Assembly: GCA_951406725.2 (NCBI GenBank)
Contig: OX597834.1
Coordinates: 16,120,001-16,184,000 of the forward strand
Reading direction: 5' to 3'
Origin: Octopus vulgaris
Lineage: Eukaryota
DNA: 64,000 nt
Shown: positions 12,651 to 25,682 of the stretch, one piece after another
Layout: every line of letters begins with the position of its first letter
Position numbering within the stretch: the first letter of the stretch is position 1
The notes under the pieces: model-generated
Database searches by the model: none
Seen by the model: only the letters and a program-made list of their open reading frames with translations
Told to the model about the DNA's origin: nothing
Position numbers and translations under genes: made by a program

Positions 12651-12898
12651 TATCTGCGACGATTTCATCTCAATCGAAGGAGAGGGGCATTCTCCGTCCG
12701 GGTTGTGGATCTGTGGAATAAGCTGCCGGACGAGATAGTGAAGATGCCGACGACCGCTCGGTTCAAAGTCTCTCTTGACCAGAAATGGCCTGAACTCTTT
12801 GCATGAACACCCTCCCTGTACATAACTCCATGCCCCCCTACATGGCCTTGCTTTTTGCTTTTTGAGCCAAAAAATTAACTTAACTTAACTTAACTTAA
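12651..12898 (+). mobile_element. Shorter copy of the CR1 LINE at 7262
   Basis: Near identical to 7467-7719 including the (TTAAC)n tail. Confidence 0.92.
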
Positions 12899-13315
12899 CA
12901 TCCCCACTTACCTTCTCTTATGCCTCTCACTCAACCTATTGGAAATGGTAGCCTACAGTTTTCCTAATAAGTAAAATGTAATTTTACTGTTTAATGCCCA
13001 GACACAGTAGCCTGACATAGTCTTCTACCTGGCCGGCTCCTGTCGACTGTCCTACCTATGCATGCACAAAAGATGGTCGTTAAGCGATGATGATGATGAT
13101 GATGATGAATGTAATTTTAAGATACATTAAACAGAAAGCACTGCTTGAGTGTGTATACATATACATGTGTTTATACACACATGTACATACACATGTGTAT
13201 ATATACACACACACACAAACACACGAGTGTGAGATTAAGAAGATTGCCTCCCAGCCACACGGTTTCGGGTTCGGTCCCACGGCATACAATATACATACAT
13301 GTATCTGTACATGCC

Positions 13316-13684
13316 AGAGAGAGAGAGAGAAAGGGAGAAAGAGAGAGAGAAAGGGAGAAAGAGAGAGAAAGGGAGAAAGAGAGAGAGAAAGGGAGAAAGA
13401 GAGAGAAAGGGAGAAAGAGAGAGAAAGGGAGAAAGAGAGAGAGAAAGGGAGAAAGAGAGAGAGAAAGGGAGAAAGAGAGAGAGAAAGGGAGAAAGAGAGA
13501 GAGAAAGGGAGAAAGAGAGAGAAAGAGAGAAGGGGAGAAAGAGAGAAAGGGAGAAAGAGAAAAGGGAGAAAGAGAGAGAGAGAAAGGGAGAAAGAGAGGG
13601 AGAAAGGGAGAGAGAAAGGGAGAGAAAGAGAGGGAGAAAGAGAGAGAAAGAAAGGGATAAAGAGAGGGAGAAAGAGAGAGAGGG
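13316..13684. repeat. Almost pure purine tract of GAGAAAGG-type units
   Basis: Seen directly. Confidence 0.95.
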
Positions 13685-14138
13685 TGTGTGTGTGTGTGTG
13701 TGAGTGCATGCGCACCTATCCATCTTTGTTTTGTTGTCACTCCAATAATTTCACACCACAGTCTCCCTTGTTTCCAATCTTCCATGAAAAAACATGTCCA
13801 GCAACAGGGAAATATTACCTTACAACAAAACAGGTAAGGGGTCGACAAGAAAAAAGGGCAACTGACTGCAGAAAAAAACGTACCTCAATCAAATCTGTCT
13901 GACCCATGCAAGAATGAAAAAGTGAACATTAAAACTATGATGATGATGATGATGGTAGTGATGGCGGTGGGAGAGATGTGTGTGTGTGTGTGTGTGTGTG
14001 TGTGCCTGATTATGTGTATGCGTGCTTGTGTATGTTTGTGTGTGCATGTGTACATGCGTGTGCTTCTGTTTGTGCATGTGTGTGTGTGTGATTATGTTCA
14101 TACATACTTGTGTGTGCATGGGCGATTATGTACAAGCA

Positions 14139-14169
<31 letters not shown>

Positions 14170-14446
14170 CTGTGTCTGTGTGTCTGTGGCTGGGAGGCAG
14201 GGTGTGTATGTATTTACGACGTATATGCATATATGCAAATAAATATACTCTGACAGGCATACATTAGTCCAAAAAGCTCCTAATTACGGTGAAGACTGCT
14301 AAAAGTACAACTCTAATTTCCCCCTCTTTTACGACAAGCAAGAATTACTGTCTGAGTCTGAGAATGTTTCAGATTAGAGTCTCTGACAGCAAAAATAATA
14401 TGGAATGCAATTATTCCTGCAAACAACAACCGCCACCGCCGCCATC

Positions 14447-14719
14447 ACCACCACCGCAACATATAAGCAACTACTACCTCCTATACCACCACCGCAACAT
14501 ATAAGCAACTACTACCACCTATACCACCACCGCAACATATAAGCAACTACTACCACCTATACCACCACCGCAACATATAAGCAACTACTACCTCCTATAC
14601 CACCACCGCAACATATAAGCAACTACTACCACCTATACCACCACCGCAACATATAAGCAACTACTACCACCTATACCACCACTGCAACATATAAGCAACT
14701 ACTACCACCTATACCACCA
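14447..14719. repeat. 38-bp minisatellite, about 7 copies
   Basis: accaccaccgcaacatataagcaactactaccacctat repeated head to tail. Confidence 0.95.
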
Positions 14720-14736
14720 CAATCACGTGTACCATT

Positions 14737-14888
14737 ACCTATTTCTTTATTACCCACAAGGGGCCAAACACAGAGGGGACAAACAAGGACAGACATAGGT
14801 ATTAAGTCGATTACATTGACCCCAGTGCGTAACTGGTACTCAATTTATCGACCCCGAAAGGATGAAAGGCAAAGTCGACCTCGGCGGC
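14737..14888 (-). mobile_element. SINE family C, 5'-truncated
   Basis: Near identical to 15551-15700. Confidence 0.9.
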
Positions 14889-15550
14889 GTGTACCATTAT
14901 CATAAACAAAACTGAAACTGGAATGACAAAGCCGTATTGATACCAAACAAGGACAATGGTCACCACCATCATCATTGCACTGACCACAGCAACCACCACT
15001 ACCACTACCACCACCACAGCAACGTATAAGCAACTGTCCCTGCCATTGTTATCGGATGTAACTGAAATACAGCCGAGATAACAAAGCCATGTTGACACTG
15101 GACAATGATAGTGGACATCATCACTACCATCACCACCTTGACCACAACAGCCACCAGCATCATTACACTGACCACCACAGCCAACACCATCACTTCCACC
15201 GTTACCTTTTATTGTGCCAGGAGTATGGGTGGCAGTCATGTGACACTGGCATGAGTCATAACTACGATTTGAGTCGGCTTGAAGAGTCTTCCCAAGTATC
15301 GCATAGCACCAAAGATCTTGGTCACTTGTCATTGCCTCCATGAGGCCCAACGTTCCACAGCCACACTTCACCACCTCATCCCATGTCTTCCTAGGTCTAC
15401 ATCTTCAACAGGTTCCCTCCACAGTTAGAGACCCACTGCTACCACCACAACGACCACCACCACCACCACCACCACCATGTCAGTATGTATATTACAACTA
15501 CCACCGCCACCACCAAACTAAAGTCTATATTGTGGTGGTATTCTACCAAT

Positions 15551-15784
15551 ACCTATTTCTTTATTACCCACAAGGGGCTAAACACAGAGGGGGACAAACA
15601 AGGACAGACATAGGTATTAAGTCGATTACATCGACCCCAGTGCGTAACTGGTACTTAATTTATCGACCCCGAAAGGATGAAAGGCAAAGTCGACCTCGGC
15701 GGAATTTGAACTCGGAACGTAACGCAGACGAAATACCGCTAAGCATTTCGCCCGGCGTGCTAACGTTTCTGCCAGCTCGCCGCC
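15551..15784 (-). mobile_element. SINE family C (tRNA head + Deu/Nin-like core), full length
   Basis: Core gaggtcgactttgcctttcatcctttcggggtcgataaattaagtaccag resembles the Deu/Nin SINE domain; about 10 copies in the window. Confidence 0.9.
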
Positions 15785-15881
15785 ACAATGACAATGGCTG
15801 TTAGTTCAATACCACCACAATGACAATGGCTGTTAGTTCAACTACTGCTAAAACTACTACAACTACTACTGGTACTTTGTC

Positions 15882-16175
15882 AGTTACAATGACAAGTGAT
15901 CCAGTTGATCCGATCAACGGAACAGCCTGCTCATGAAATTAACGTGCAAGAGGTTGAGCACTCCACAGATACACGTGCCCTTAATGTAGTTTTCAGGAAG
16001 ATTCAACATGACAAGGCTGGCCCCTATGAAATACAGGTACTACTCATTTTTACCAGCTGAGTGGACTGGAGCAATGTGAAATAAAGTGTCTTGCTCAAGA
16101 ACTCAATGTGCCATCAGGAATTGAACTCGTGACCTTGCAATTGTAAGCCGAACACCCTAACCACTAAGCCATGCA
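15882..16175 (-). mobile_element. Composite SINE (20131-type head, 4500-4612-type middle, own tail)
   Basis: Segment-wise similarity to both elements. Confidence 0.75.
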
Positions 16176-16359
16176 CTTACACTACTACTACAGACTACAA
16201 TATTCACCACCACAACTATCTCCGGTACTACTACAACCACCCTCACCACCACCACCACTAAAACCAAATGCTTACACTACTGCTGCTACCATGATGACCA
16301 CCACTACCAAATCCTGATAGCACAATCAGTGGTGTAATCATTATAGCCATCAACATCAT

Positions 16360-16774
16360 CATTGGCATCACCCACCACCATCACCACCACCACCACCATC
16401 ATCATCATAATTACCATCACCATAGTGATAATCTTCCCTAGCATCACCATCACCACCATTATCATCATTACCATCATAATCATCATCAACATCATCATCT
16501 TCATCACCACCACACCATCACCACCATTATCATCATTACCATCATAATCATCATCATCACTACACCACCACCACCATCACCACCATTAACATCATAATCA
16601 TCATCATCGTCATCACCACCACACCATCACCACCATTATCATCATTACCATCATAATCATCATCATCACTACACCACCACCACCATCACCACCATTAACA
16701 TCATAATCATCATCATCTTCATCACCACCACCACCACACACCATTATCATCATTACCATCATAATCATCATCAT

Positions 16775-16806
<32 letters not shown>

Positions 16807-17250
16807 TCTTCATCACCACCACACCATCACCACCATTATCATCATTACCATCATGATGATGATGATCATCATTTATTTTTTTCTTTTCACTTTATTTATC
16901 TCAACCATTAAGCCGCAGCCATGCTGGGGCACCCACTTAATTCAATCATTACCATCACCATTACTTCCATTATCATTGTCATCGTCATCAATAACAACCA
17001 CCACCGCCACTGCCACCAGAACCATCAACTATAACCATCAGCATAACAGCACCTACTGTAACCATCAAAATTCTCAAAAACCATCACTGCTATCATCATC
17101 AACCACTTCCACCATCACAACCATTACTATCACCATTATTTCGACAATGATCATAACACACAGCCACCACACCAACACCACTACTACAACCACCACCACC
17201 AACACTACTACTACTACCTCTACTACTACTACTACTGCTACTACTACTAC
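16360..17250. repeat. (CAT)/(CAC)/(CTA) trinucleotide mosaic with internal duplications
   Basis: Seen directly. Confidence 0.9.
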
Positions 17251-17587
17251 ACCCCTGTTATAAATGCTTACAATGATGAATAAATTGTGGAGATATCTAG
17301 AGGGCATTTATTATGGTTTCATGTGTTTGAATTGATTTCTGCTATTAAAGTTTCTATGCAACTCTATATAAATACACACATCATCATCAGCATCAGCATC
17401 AGCATCATATTCAATTTGATGTCTGTTTTCCAATGCTGGCATGGGTTGGATGGTTTGACAAAAGCCAGTGAGCCATGGGGCAGCCTCTTGCTCCGGAGTC
17501 TGCTTTGGTATGGCTTCTGTGTGGATACGCACACATATATATATATATATATGAAATGCTATGAAAGTGTACATATGCTATGAAAGT

Positions 17588-17822
17588 GGAGGCGCAATGG
17601 CCCAGTGGTTAGGGCAGCGGACTTGCGGTCGGAGGATCGCGGTTTTGATTCCCAGACCGGGCGTTGTGTGTGTTTATTGAGCGAAAACACCTAAAAGCTC
17701 CACGAGGCTCCGGCAGGGGATGGTGGTGTTCCCTGCTGTACTCTTTCACCACTCTAAAGGCGGTGCTCCAGCATGGCCGCAGTCAAATGACTGAAACAAG
17801 TACAAAAAAAAAAAAAAAAAAA
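17588..17822 (+). mobile_element. Chimeric SINE: family B head + family A tail + poly-A
   Basis: 17588-17750 matches 4310-4466; 17754-17802 matches the family A tail. Confidence 0.85.
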
Positions 17823-18260
17823 ATATGTAGGTGTATGTGTAATATATTACATATATAAAAAAAATATTATGTGTGTGTGTGTGTGTGTGTGTCCATGTGT
17901 GTATTTATGAGTTTTATATCTTTTGTATTGGAAGTGTATTTATATCTTTCAGACAGCCCAAACTGATTAATGACCTGAGCTGACCTGCTATCGGTTTGGT
18001 CAGTGGTCTTCCCCTTTTATTTTTCTTCTTTTCTTTTTTATAGTTTTACAAGTTTTATCCACCCCCTCTCTCTCTATCTATCTTTTTCACTGATAGCACA
18101 TTTATGGTTTTTTTTCAGAGTGGTGTGGTATTGTTCAGACCTCCCTTGATATGTTTTGTCTGTCCCCTGCTATTTTACATGACATGCGAGGTTATTGATT
18201 ATTTGCATAGTAGGGGAAAAGTGTATATATCTACAATTGCATCGTGTTGTGTCCACTGCA

Positions 18261-18349
18261 GGACACTGATGAGGTAATGTATGATTGCATACTGCTTCTG
18301 CAATTGTTATCTAATAATTTCAGCGTTTTGCTGAAACATGTATATGTCT
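18261..18349 (+). ncRNA. Degenerate hammerhead motif
   Basis: ggaca-CTGATGA-ggtaa...ttgct-GAA-ACATGT-A-ta-tgtct, with a palindromic stem III. Confidence 0.4.
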
Positions 18350-18378
18350 TATAAAGTTCTGAATACCACACATGTTTT

Positions 18379-18775
18379 CATCATCATCATCATCGTTTAA
18401 CGTCCGTTCTCCATGCTAGCATGGGTTGGACGGTTCGACCGGGGATCTGGGAAGCCAGAAGGCTGCACCAGGCTCCGGTCTTATCTGGCAATGTTTCTAC
18501 AGCTGGATGCCCTTCCTAACGCCAACCGCTCCGTGAGTGTAGTGGGTGCTTTTTACATGCCACCTGCACAGGTGCCAGGCGAGGCTGGCTTCGGCCACGA
18601 TCGGATTGGTCCATTTTACGTGCCATCGGCACGGAAGCCAGTTGAGGCGACACTGGCTTCGGTCACGATTCGGATGGTGCTTTTTACGTGCCACCAACAC
18701 GGAAGCCAGTCGAGGCAGCGCTGACATCGGCCACGATTCGGATAGTGCTTTTTACGTATCTCCAGTCCAGGGGTC
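18379..18775 (-). mobile_element. Family D retro-repeat with (GAT)n tail and internal repeats (ggttggcgttaggaagggcatccagc motif)
   Basis: Copies at 23387, 27927, 33790, 34555, 46265, 49195, 62010. Confidence 0.85.
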
Positions 18776-18891
18776 CTGGCATCTGCCGGGTGCCAATTAT
18801 TTTTTTTAATATTACATGATATAGTTGCAGACATGACAGATAGATCAATTGACCAAAAGACAGATACTGACATAGTATTAATCATTTAAAA

Positions 18892-18925
18892 CAGTGGTTC
18901 CCAACCAGAGTCCATTTGGCACATT
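18892..18925 (+). mobile_element. hAT-like terminal fragment
   Basis: cagtggttcccaacc resembles hAT TIRs; partner end not found. Confidence 0.35.
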
Positions 18926-18999
18926 CATATATATGTGTATGTATGTATATATGTATGTGTGTATATATATATATATATATATGTGTGTAGGTATGTACG

Positions 19000-19030
<31 letters not shown>

Positions 19031-19331
19031 AGGTATGCATGTATATATATATATATATATCCAGACAGAGAGTCAAGAATATTGAAAAGGTTGCAAGATG
19101 CAATGAAAATTTTAGGAAAATAAAAATAAGAAATAAATGGAAATTTTACAGATGAGTGTGTTAAATTATAAGGCAGAAAAAGAAAATGACTCTCCCCAGA
19201 CACAACAGAATATGCTTCAACACACAAACTCACATAAAGAATCATGCAAACCAAATCCAAAAAACGAAATATATCCAGACCCAACATGTATACAAACACA
19301 TTAAATGTAATAACGAGAGCAAGCAACTTAC

Positions 19332-19398
19332 GTGCTTCAGTTGTGTCGACATCAGTCTGTTGAGGATATTCCAGTGGTTTGTCGGCCCCTTGGAAATA
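19332..19398 (-). CDS. Candidate 67-nt exon (phase 0 YFQGADKPLEYPQQTDVDTTEA; phase 1 xFPRGRQTTGISSTD*)
   Basis: Acceptor ctaattttctactttatttgcag and donor CAC|gtaagt; may belong to a transposon remnant. Confidence 0.35.
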
Positions 19399-20130
19399 CT
19401 GCAAATAAAGTAGAAAATTAGAAAGACATTAGAATCCAGCGATACTCTCTTTTTCTCTTTTTACTCTTTTACTTGTTTCAGTCATTTGACTGCGGCCATG
19501 CTGGAGCACCGCCTTTAATCGAGCAACTCGACCCTGGGACTTATTCTTTTGTAAGCCCAGTACTTATTCTATCGATCTCTTTTGCTGAACCGCTAAGTAA
19601 CGGTATGTAAAACAAAACAAAACAAAACAAAACATACAGAAGAGACGTAAGCTGCATAAATACACAAACAAGCAATGCCCCCACCCTACCCCAACCACAC
19701 CCACTGCCAAACAACAACAACATTTCCGCACGAGGCCAATAATTTTCACATGGGGAGGTGGGGGGGTCAATCGAATGCCTCACCCCGACTACCAAATTTT
19801 GGGTGAAGGGGCAAGGTAATTCTATCAACCCCAGTGCACAAAAAGCACTTAGTATTGTACATTGATGCTGAAATGATGATCTACAAATTAATATAAGGGT
19901 CTAATCCTCTCCCCCCAACAAATTCAGAGGGTCAGTTAATTATAATGACCTCAGCTTTTGAGTAGCTCTTCATTTGACCACCCCAGGATCTTCAGCTTTA
20001 CGTTGATATCTGCTGGGCAGCTAATTTCCACAACTGCACAGTTTCTGTGTGTGTGTATGTGTGTGTGTTTATGTATATCTGTGAATGTATGAATAAATAT
20101 ATGATGTATGTATGTATATATATATATGTG

Positions 20131-20465
20131 AAGGCGCATGGCTCAGTGGTTAGAGCGTCGAGCTTACGATCGTGAGGTTGTGAGCTTGAATCTCGGACCG
20201 GGCTGCATGTTGTGTTCTTGAGCAAGACACTTTATTTCACGTTGCTCCAGTTCACTCAGCTGTAGAAATGAGTTGCGACGTCACAGGTGCCAAGCTGTAT
20301 CGGCCTTTGCCTTTCCCTTCGATAACACTGATGGCGTGGAGAGGGGAGGCCGGTATGCATGGGCGACTGCTGGTCTTCCATAAACAACCTTGCCCAGACT
20401 TGTGACTAGGAGGGTAACCTTCTAGTTGCAATCCCATGGTCAGTGTCGTGACCGAAGGGGGTCCC
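20131..20465 (+). mobile_element. tRNA-derived SINE (head ggcgcatggctcagtggttagagc; tail shared with 4310 copy)
   Basis: A box, B-box-like segment and shared 3' ~185 bp. Confidence 0.9.
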
Positions 20466-20738
20466 CCGATATGCATTATGTATATCTGGGTGAGTGTGTG
20501 TGTCTTTGTGTCTGTGTTTGTCGCCACTACCACTGCTTGACAACCAGTGCTTGTATGTTTGCGTCCTCTATAAAACAAGTACAAGGTTTTTAAAAAAAAG
20601 TACAGGGGTGGGGTCGATTCATTTGATGACAAACCCAAGGCAGTACCCCAGTATGGTTGCAGTCTAATGCCTGAAATGGGGTAAAAGAGAAAAGACGAAA
20701 ATAGGAATTAGCTTTTCATTTCTGTTCTTCAACCTCAC

Positions 20739-20797
20739 CACCAACGTAATCATAATCTCCGCTTTCGAAAACGGATCTTTGGAATATGTCATGAGAA
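20739..20797 (-). CDS. Candidate 59-nt exon (phase 1 xLMTYSKDPFSKAEIMITLV; phase 2 xSHDIFQRSVFESGDYDYVG)
   Basis: Acceptor gtcttaataatgtgtag, donor GTG|gtgagg, unique island. Confidence 0.25.
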
Positions 20798-21629
20798 CTA
20801 CACATTATTAAGACAGACACATGACATATATATGGGAAATAGAGAGATGAATATATATATACACACGCGCATATATACATATATATACATATATACACAC
20901 ATATATAAATACAGACACATATATACACATATATATATATCCATACATATAGACACACACACATATATGCATATATACATATGCACACATACACATTTAT
21001 ATAAACATATACACACACACAAATACATATATATACGTATACACAAATACATATAGACACACACACATATACATATATATACACATACACATATATCGAC
21101 AAATATATACTACACATACACATATATATATACACATGCATTCATATATACATACACACATACACATGTACACATATGCATATATATATACATATATATA
21201 TATGCATATATACATACATATAAATATACACATACATGTATATACATATACACACATAGGTACACACACACACACACTCAATATATACCTAATGTGCACG
21301 TGCTTGTATATCCCTCTTTGCATTATTAAGAAAGTTCTGAGGAAATAAAGACAGAGGTGGGCGGCACATTAAACTGTGGTTATGCCTGAAAACATATCTC
21401 GGCAAAAATTTCACAGAAAACGCATGTATTATTCAGAAAGTTAGGAGAAAAACAAAACCCTCTGTGTGTGTGTGTGTGTGTATGCGTGTGTGTGTGTGTA
21501 GGAGGACATGGACACACATACAATCATTATATGCTCGTACACATATATTTTGTATATATATATAATGATAATGTGGGAGTCCAGAGACAGGCAAAAAAGG
21601 AAAGAAGACGGTAGAAGGTGATGCTGCTG

Positions 21630-21763
21630 CTGCTGATGATGATGATGACAATATTAGTGGGGGGGCGAGTGTCAGAGGTATTCAAAATGCTGAAAGTATT
21701 TAAGATGGTGGTGGTGGTTATGATGATGATGACAACGACACTGTTGTCAACTACATTTAAGGA

Positions 21764-21808
<45 letters not shown>

Positions 21809-22137
21809 GGTGGTGGTGATGATGATGGTGATGATGATGATGATGATGGTGATAGTGATGATGATGATGTTGATAATGATGGTGATGATGATGATGATGG
21901 TGAAGATGATGACCATCATGACCACGGTGAAAACACTGCTGTCATCTACATTTAAGGTCATAACGATGATGATGATGATGATGGTGATGACAATATTAGT
22001 GGAGGTGAGTGTCAAAGGTATTCAAAATGATGAAAGTAATTAAGGTGGTGGTGGTGGTGGTTATGATGATGATGGCAATGGTGATGATGGTGATGATGAC
22101 GACGACAATGTTGTCAACTACACTCAAGGATATGATG

Positions 22138-22169
<32 letters not shown>

Positions 22170-22320
22170 GGTGATGATGATGGTGATGATGATGGTAATG
22201 ATGATGATGATGATGATAACGGTGAAGATGATGACCATCATCACCACGGTGAAAACTCATGCAGCCATCTACATTTAAGGTCATAACGATGTTGATGATG
22301 ACAATGATGGTGATGACGAC
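21630..22320. repeat. (ATG)n-based tandem duplication, unit about 340 bp
   Basis: gacaatattagtgg anchors at 21647 and 21989. Confidence 0.85.
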
Positions 22321-22585
22321 AGACTGACTGATTGAGGCAGTGATAACGATTACGGTGATGGTATTTAAGAATCTGGCGCTGAAGACAACGGCGTGAAGAG
22401 CGATAATTTAAAAGTCAGAGAGAAAAGAGAAGAGTGTGACAGAGAAGGAGAGAGAGAGTGAGAGAGAGAAGGAGAGAGTGAGAGAGAGGGAGAGGTGACA
22501 TTGCTAGTTATCTTTTATATTCCAAAGTAAATTTCCCTATTCTCAAATACTTTGAGATGTCTTCTAATTAAAGACATAATCTCCA

Positions 22586-22614
22586 CTATTGTGCATTGTA
22601 TTCCCGCATGACAT
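22586..22614 (-). CDS. Candidate terminal exon (phase 1 xVMREYNAQ*)
   Basis: Acceptor catctctctacttactgcag, unique island. Confidence 0.25.
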
Positions 22615-22707
22615 CTGCAGTAAGTAGAGAGATGATGATAGGGCAACATCTGTACAGACGTGTACCTCTGCAGATGCACACATACATGCATATATGATGC
22701 GTTTATG

Positions 22708-22743
<36 letters not shown>

Positions 22744-22788
22744 CATGTTCATACACATATTAATATGCATATTAATTTGTACATATGC

Positions 22789-22859
<71 letters not shown>

Positions 22860-22949
22860 CATGTATACATATATATATATGTATATATATATATGTATGT
22901 ATATATATATATATGTATATATGTATGTATGTATGTATATATATGTATG

Positions 22950-22997
<48 letters not shown>

Positions 22998-23386
22998 TGT
23001 GTATATATATATATATATACATATGTATATATATATATATACATATATATATATACACATATATACATATATATATATATCCACACACACATGTACATGT
23101 ATATACATATATCATACACGCACACACACATTAATTTGGACATATATACAATGATTTGTGTATTATTGTGTGTGTGGAAGGGCAGGAAGAGACAAAGAAG
23201 GAAGGAAGGCAGAGAAAAATCATATGGACGGACAGACAGACAGACAGACAGACAGGAGAGATACAAATGGAGAGAGAGGGAGCTCAAACACATAGAAGGA
23301 CAGCTAGATATTTAGAATGTCCACATATCAAGTAGACATATGGAACTGCCCCTGGGAGGTTCTGTACACACACCAACACACACACA

Positions 23387-23750
23387 TCATCATCATCATC
23401 ATCATCGTCATCGTTTAACGTCCGTTTTCCATGCTAGCATGGGTTGGACGGCTCAACTGGGGGTCTGGGAAGCAAGAAGGCTGCGCCAGGCTCCGGTCTG
23501 ATCTGGCAGTGTTTCTACAGCTGGATGCCCTTCCTAATGCCAACCACTCCGTGGGTGTAGTGGGTGCTTTTTATGTGCCACTCGCACAGGTGCCAGACGA
23601 GGTTGGCGAACGGCCACAATCGGATGGTGCTTTTTACGTGCCACTGGCACGGAAGCCAGTCGGGGTGGCGCTGGCAACAACCACGTTCGGATGGTTCTCT
23701 TATGTGCCACCAGCTCTGGTATCACAGCTACAATTTCCATTGATGTTGAT
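23387..23750 (-). mobile_element. Family D retro-repeat
   Basis: Colinear with 18379-18775. Confidence 0.88.
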
Positions 23751-23844
23751 CAATATATATATTTATATACACACATATTGATATGTACGTACAACCATTT
23801 GTGCGTTGGCGTATGTGATAGGACAAGCAAACAGATTTTTTTAT

Positions 23845-24237
23845 CTTTTATTTGTCTCAGTCATTAGACTGCGGCCATGCTGGGGCACCACCCTAAATTT
23901 TTTGTCAACTGAATCAACCCCAGTACTTATTTTTTTTTTAAGCCTGGTACTTACTCTATCAGTCTTTTTTACCGAACTGCTAAGTTATGGGGACGTAAAC
24001 ACACCAACAGAGGTTGTCAAGAAGTAATGGGGGAACAAACACAGACAAAAAGACACACACACGAATATATATAAAATGGGCTTCTTTCAGTTTCCATCTA
24101 CCAAATTCACTCACAAGGCTTTGGTCAGCTCGTGGCTATAGTAGAAGACACTTGCTCAAGGTGCCACATAGTGGGACTGAACCCAGAACCATGTGATTGG
24201 GAAGCAAGCTTTTTACAACACAGCCACTCCTGCACCT
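23845..24237 (-). mobile_element. SINE family A
   Basis: Full colinearity with the family. Confidence 0.88.
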
Positions 24238-24279
24238 ATGGGAGGCAGGAGAGACACATTCAGACACATCATAATGCAG

Positions 24280-24514
24280 CTCAAAGGGGTGATCCTTTTA
24301 ACACCATTATCGAGATCCAGAGAGAACTGAAGACGGTCCTTGATTCACTTACGGAAAACAAATTCCAGGTCAGATTCCAAAAGTGGCAGGAACGCTGGGA
24401 CCTGTGTATTTCCGCACAAGGTGACTATTTCGAAGGAGGTGATGTTAAAACTTAGGCAAATAAGTTATCTTTTATGAAACATAACTAGTCCGGGAACATT
24501 TTGATACTACCTCA
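24280..24514 (+). mobile_element. mariner transposase 3' remnant with right TIR
   Basis: FQKWQERWDLCISAQGDYFEG is the mariner C-terminal motif; TIR ...ttttgatactacctca followed by TA. Confidence 0.88.
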
Positions 24515-25064
24515 TATATATGTATACATGAGTGTGTGTATCTGATCTTATATAGTTCCACATATACCTGTGTCAATTTATGTAAACATACGCATATGCA
24601 GATATGTAGATACTGTCTTACTTCTTTACTGCTTGAAAATATCAGAAGGGAATACAATATTTTGTAGTCTTAGATTACGTCTATGATTAGAAAGTTTCTT
24701 CAATTGGGAAAATTTTGTTAAGAATATGATAGAGAACTATTCATGTTTCTATCTTTCTCTCTGTCTGGAAAATATTCCCTGTAGAATGCGACACTATCAC
24801 CAATACCATCATACCTACCGTTGCCATCACAATCACACACCTTCATCATTAAGAATCCATATATCACCACCACTATCTTAAATACAATCATCTTCATAAA
24901 ACGCAATTACCATCATAACCTCAAAATATATCAGATCAGATTGGAGCCTGGTGCAGCCCACTGGCTTGACAGGCCCCAGTCAAGCCATCCAACCCATGCC
25001 AGCATGGAAAGCAGACGTTAAATGATGATAATATATGTGTGTATGAGTGTGTGGGGGAGGGTCT

Positions 25065-25423
25065 TTTATTCTTTTACATATTTCAGTCATTTGAAGCACT
25101 ACCCTGAAGGGTTTGTCAAAGAAATTGACTCCACAACTTATACTTTGTAAGCCTAGTACTTATTCTATCAGTCTCTTTTGCCAAACCATTAAGTTACGGG
25201 AACATAAACACACCAGAATCGGTTGTCAAGCAATAGTGGGGATGGATGGATACACACATACATACACAACAGGCATCTTTCAGTTTCTGTCTACCGGATC
25301 TACTCAAAAATCTTTGGTTATTCAAAGGGCTATAATAAACGACACTTGCGCAAGGTACCACACAGTAGGACTGAACTCAAGACCACATCATTGGGAAGCA
25401 AGCTTCTTAACTACACAGCCACA
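25065..25423 (-). mobile_element. SINE family A, diverged
   Basis: Colinear with the family. Confidence 0.8.
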
Positions 25424-25552
25424 TATACATATGTATATATGGGTAGCCGTGTATGTGAACATTGCAATGCGTGTATGTAATTTCTATGTATTGTTTTAGG
25501 AGCATGTATGTAAATTTGCATATCTTCAGCATAATTACATTTCTTTGTGTGT

Positions 25553-25620
25553 TTATAAAAACAAATCTAGACACACAGATATAAGACCCCAAATATTTTT
25601 GAAATTGCAACTACTCTGAC
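25553..25620 (-). CDS. Candidate terminal exon (phase 1 xQSSCNFKNIWGLISVCLDLFL*)
   Basis: Acceptor ttatttatattcatattcag. Confidence 0.22.
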
Positions 25621-25639
25621 CTGAATATGAATATAAATA

Positions 25640-25682
<43 letters not shown>

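Noticed and set aside
13316-13684. Purine tract as a functional triplex element
   Set aside because: H-DNA potential is real, but such tracts are common in this sequence context and nothing supports a function
14447-14719. 38-bp repeat as a CRISPR array
   Set aside because: Head-to-tail copies without unique spacers, eukaryotic context, no cas genes
17588-17662. tRNA-like sequences here and at 4310 and 20131 as tRNA genes
   Set aside because: They run directly into SINE bodies and lack a proper acceptor stem and terminator
21369-21385. GITTV resemblance to the Cys-loop receptor M2 helix
   Set aside because: A stop follows immediately and there is no LTMTT continuation; kept only as a weak last-exon candidate
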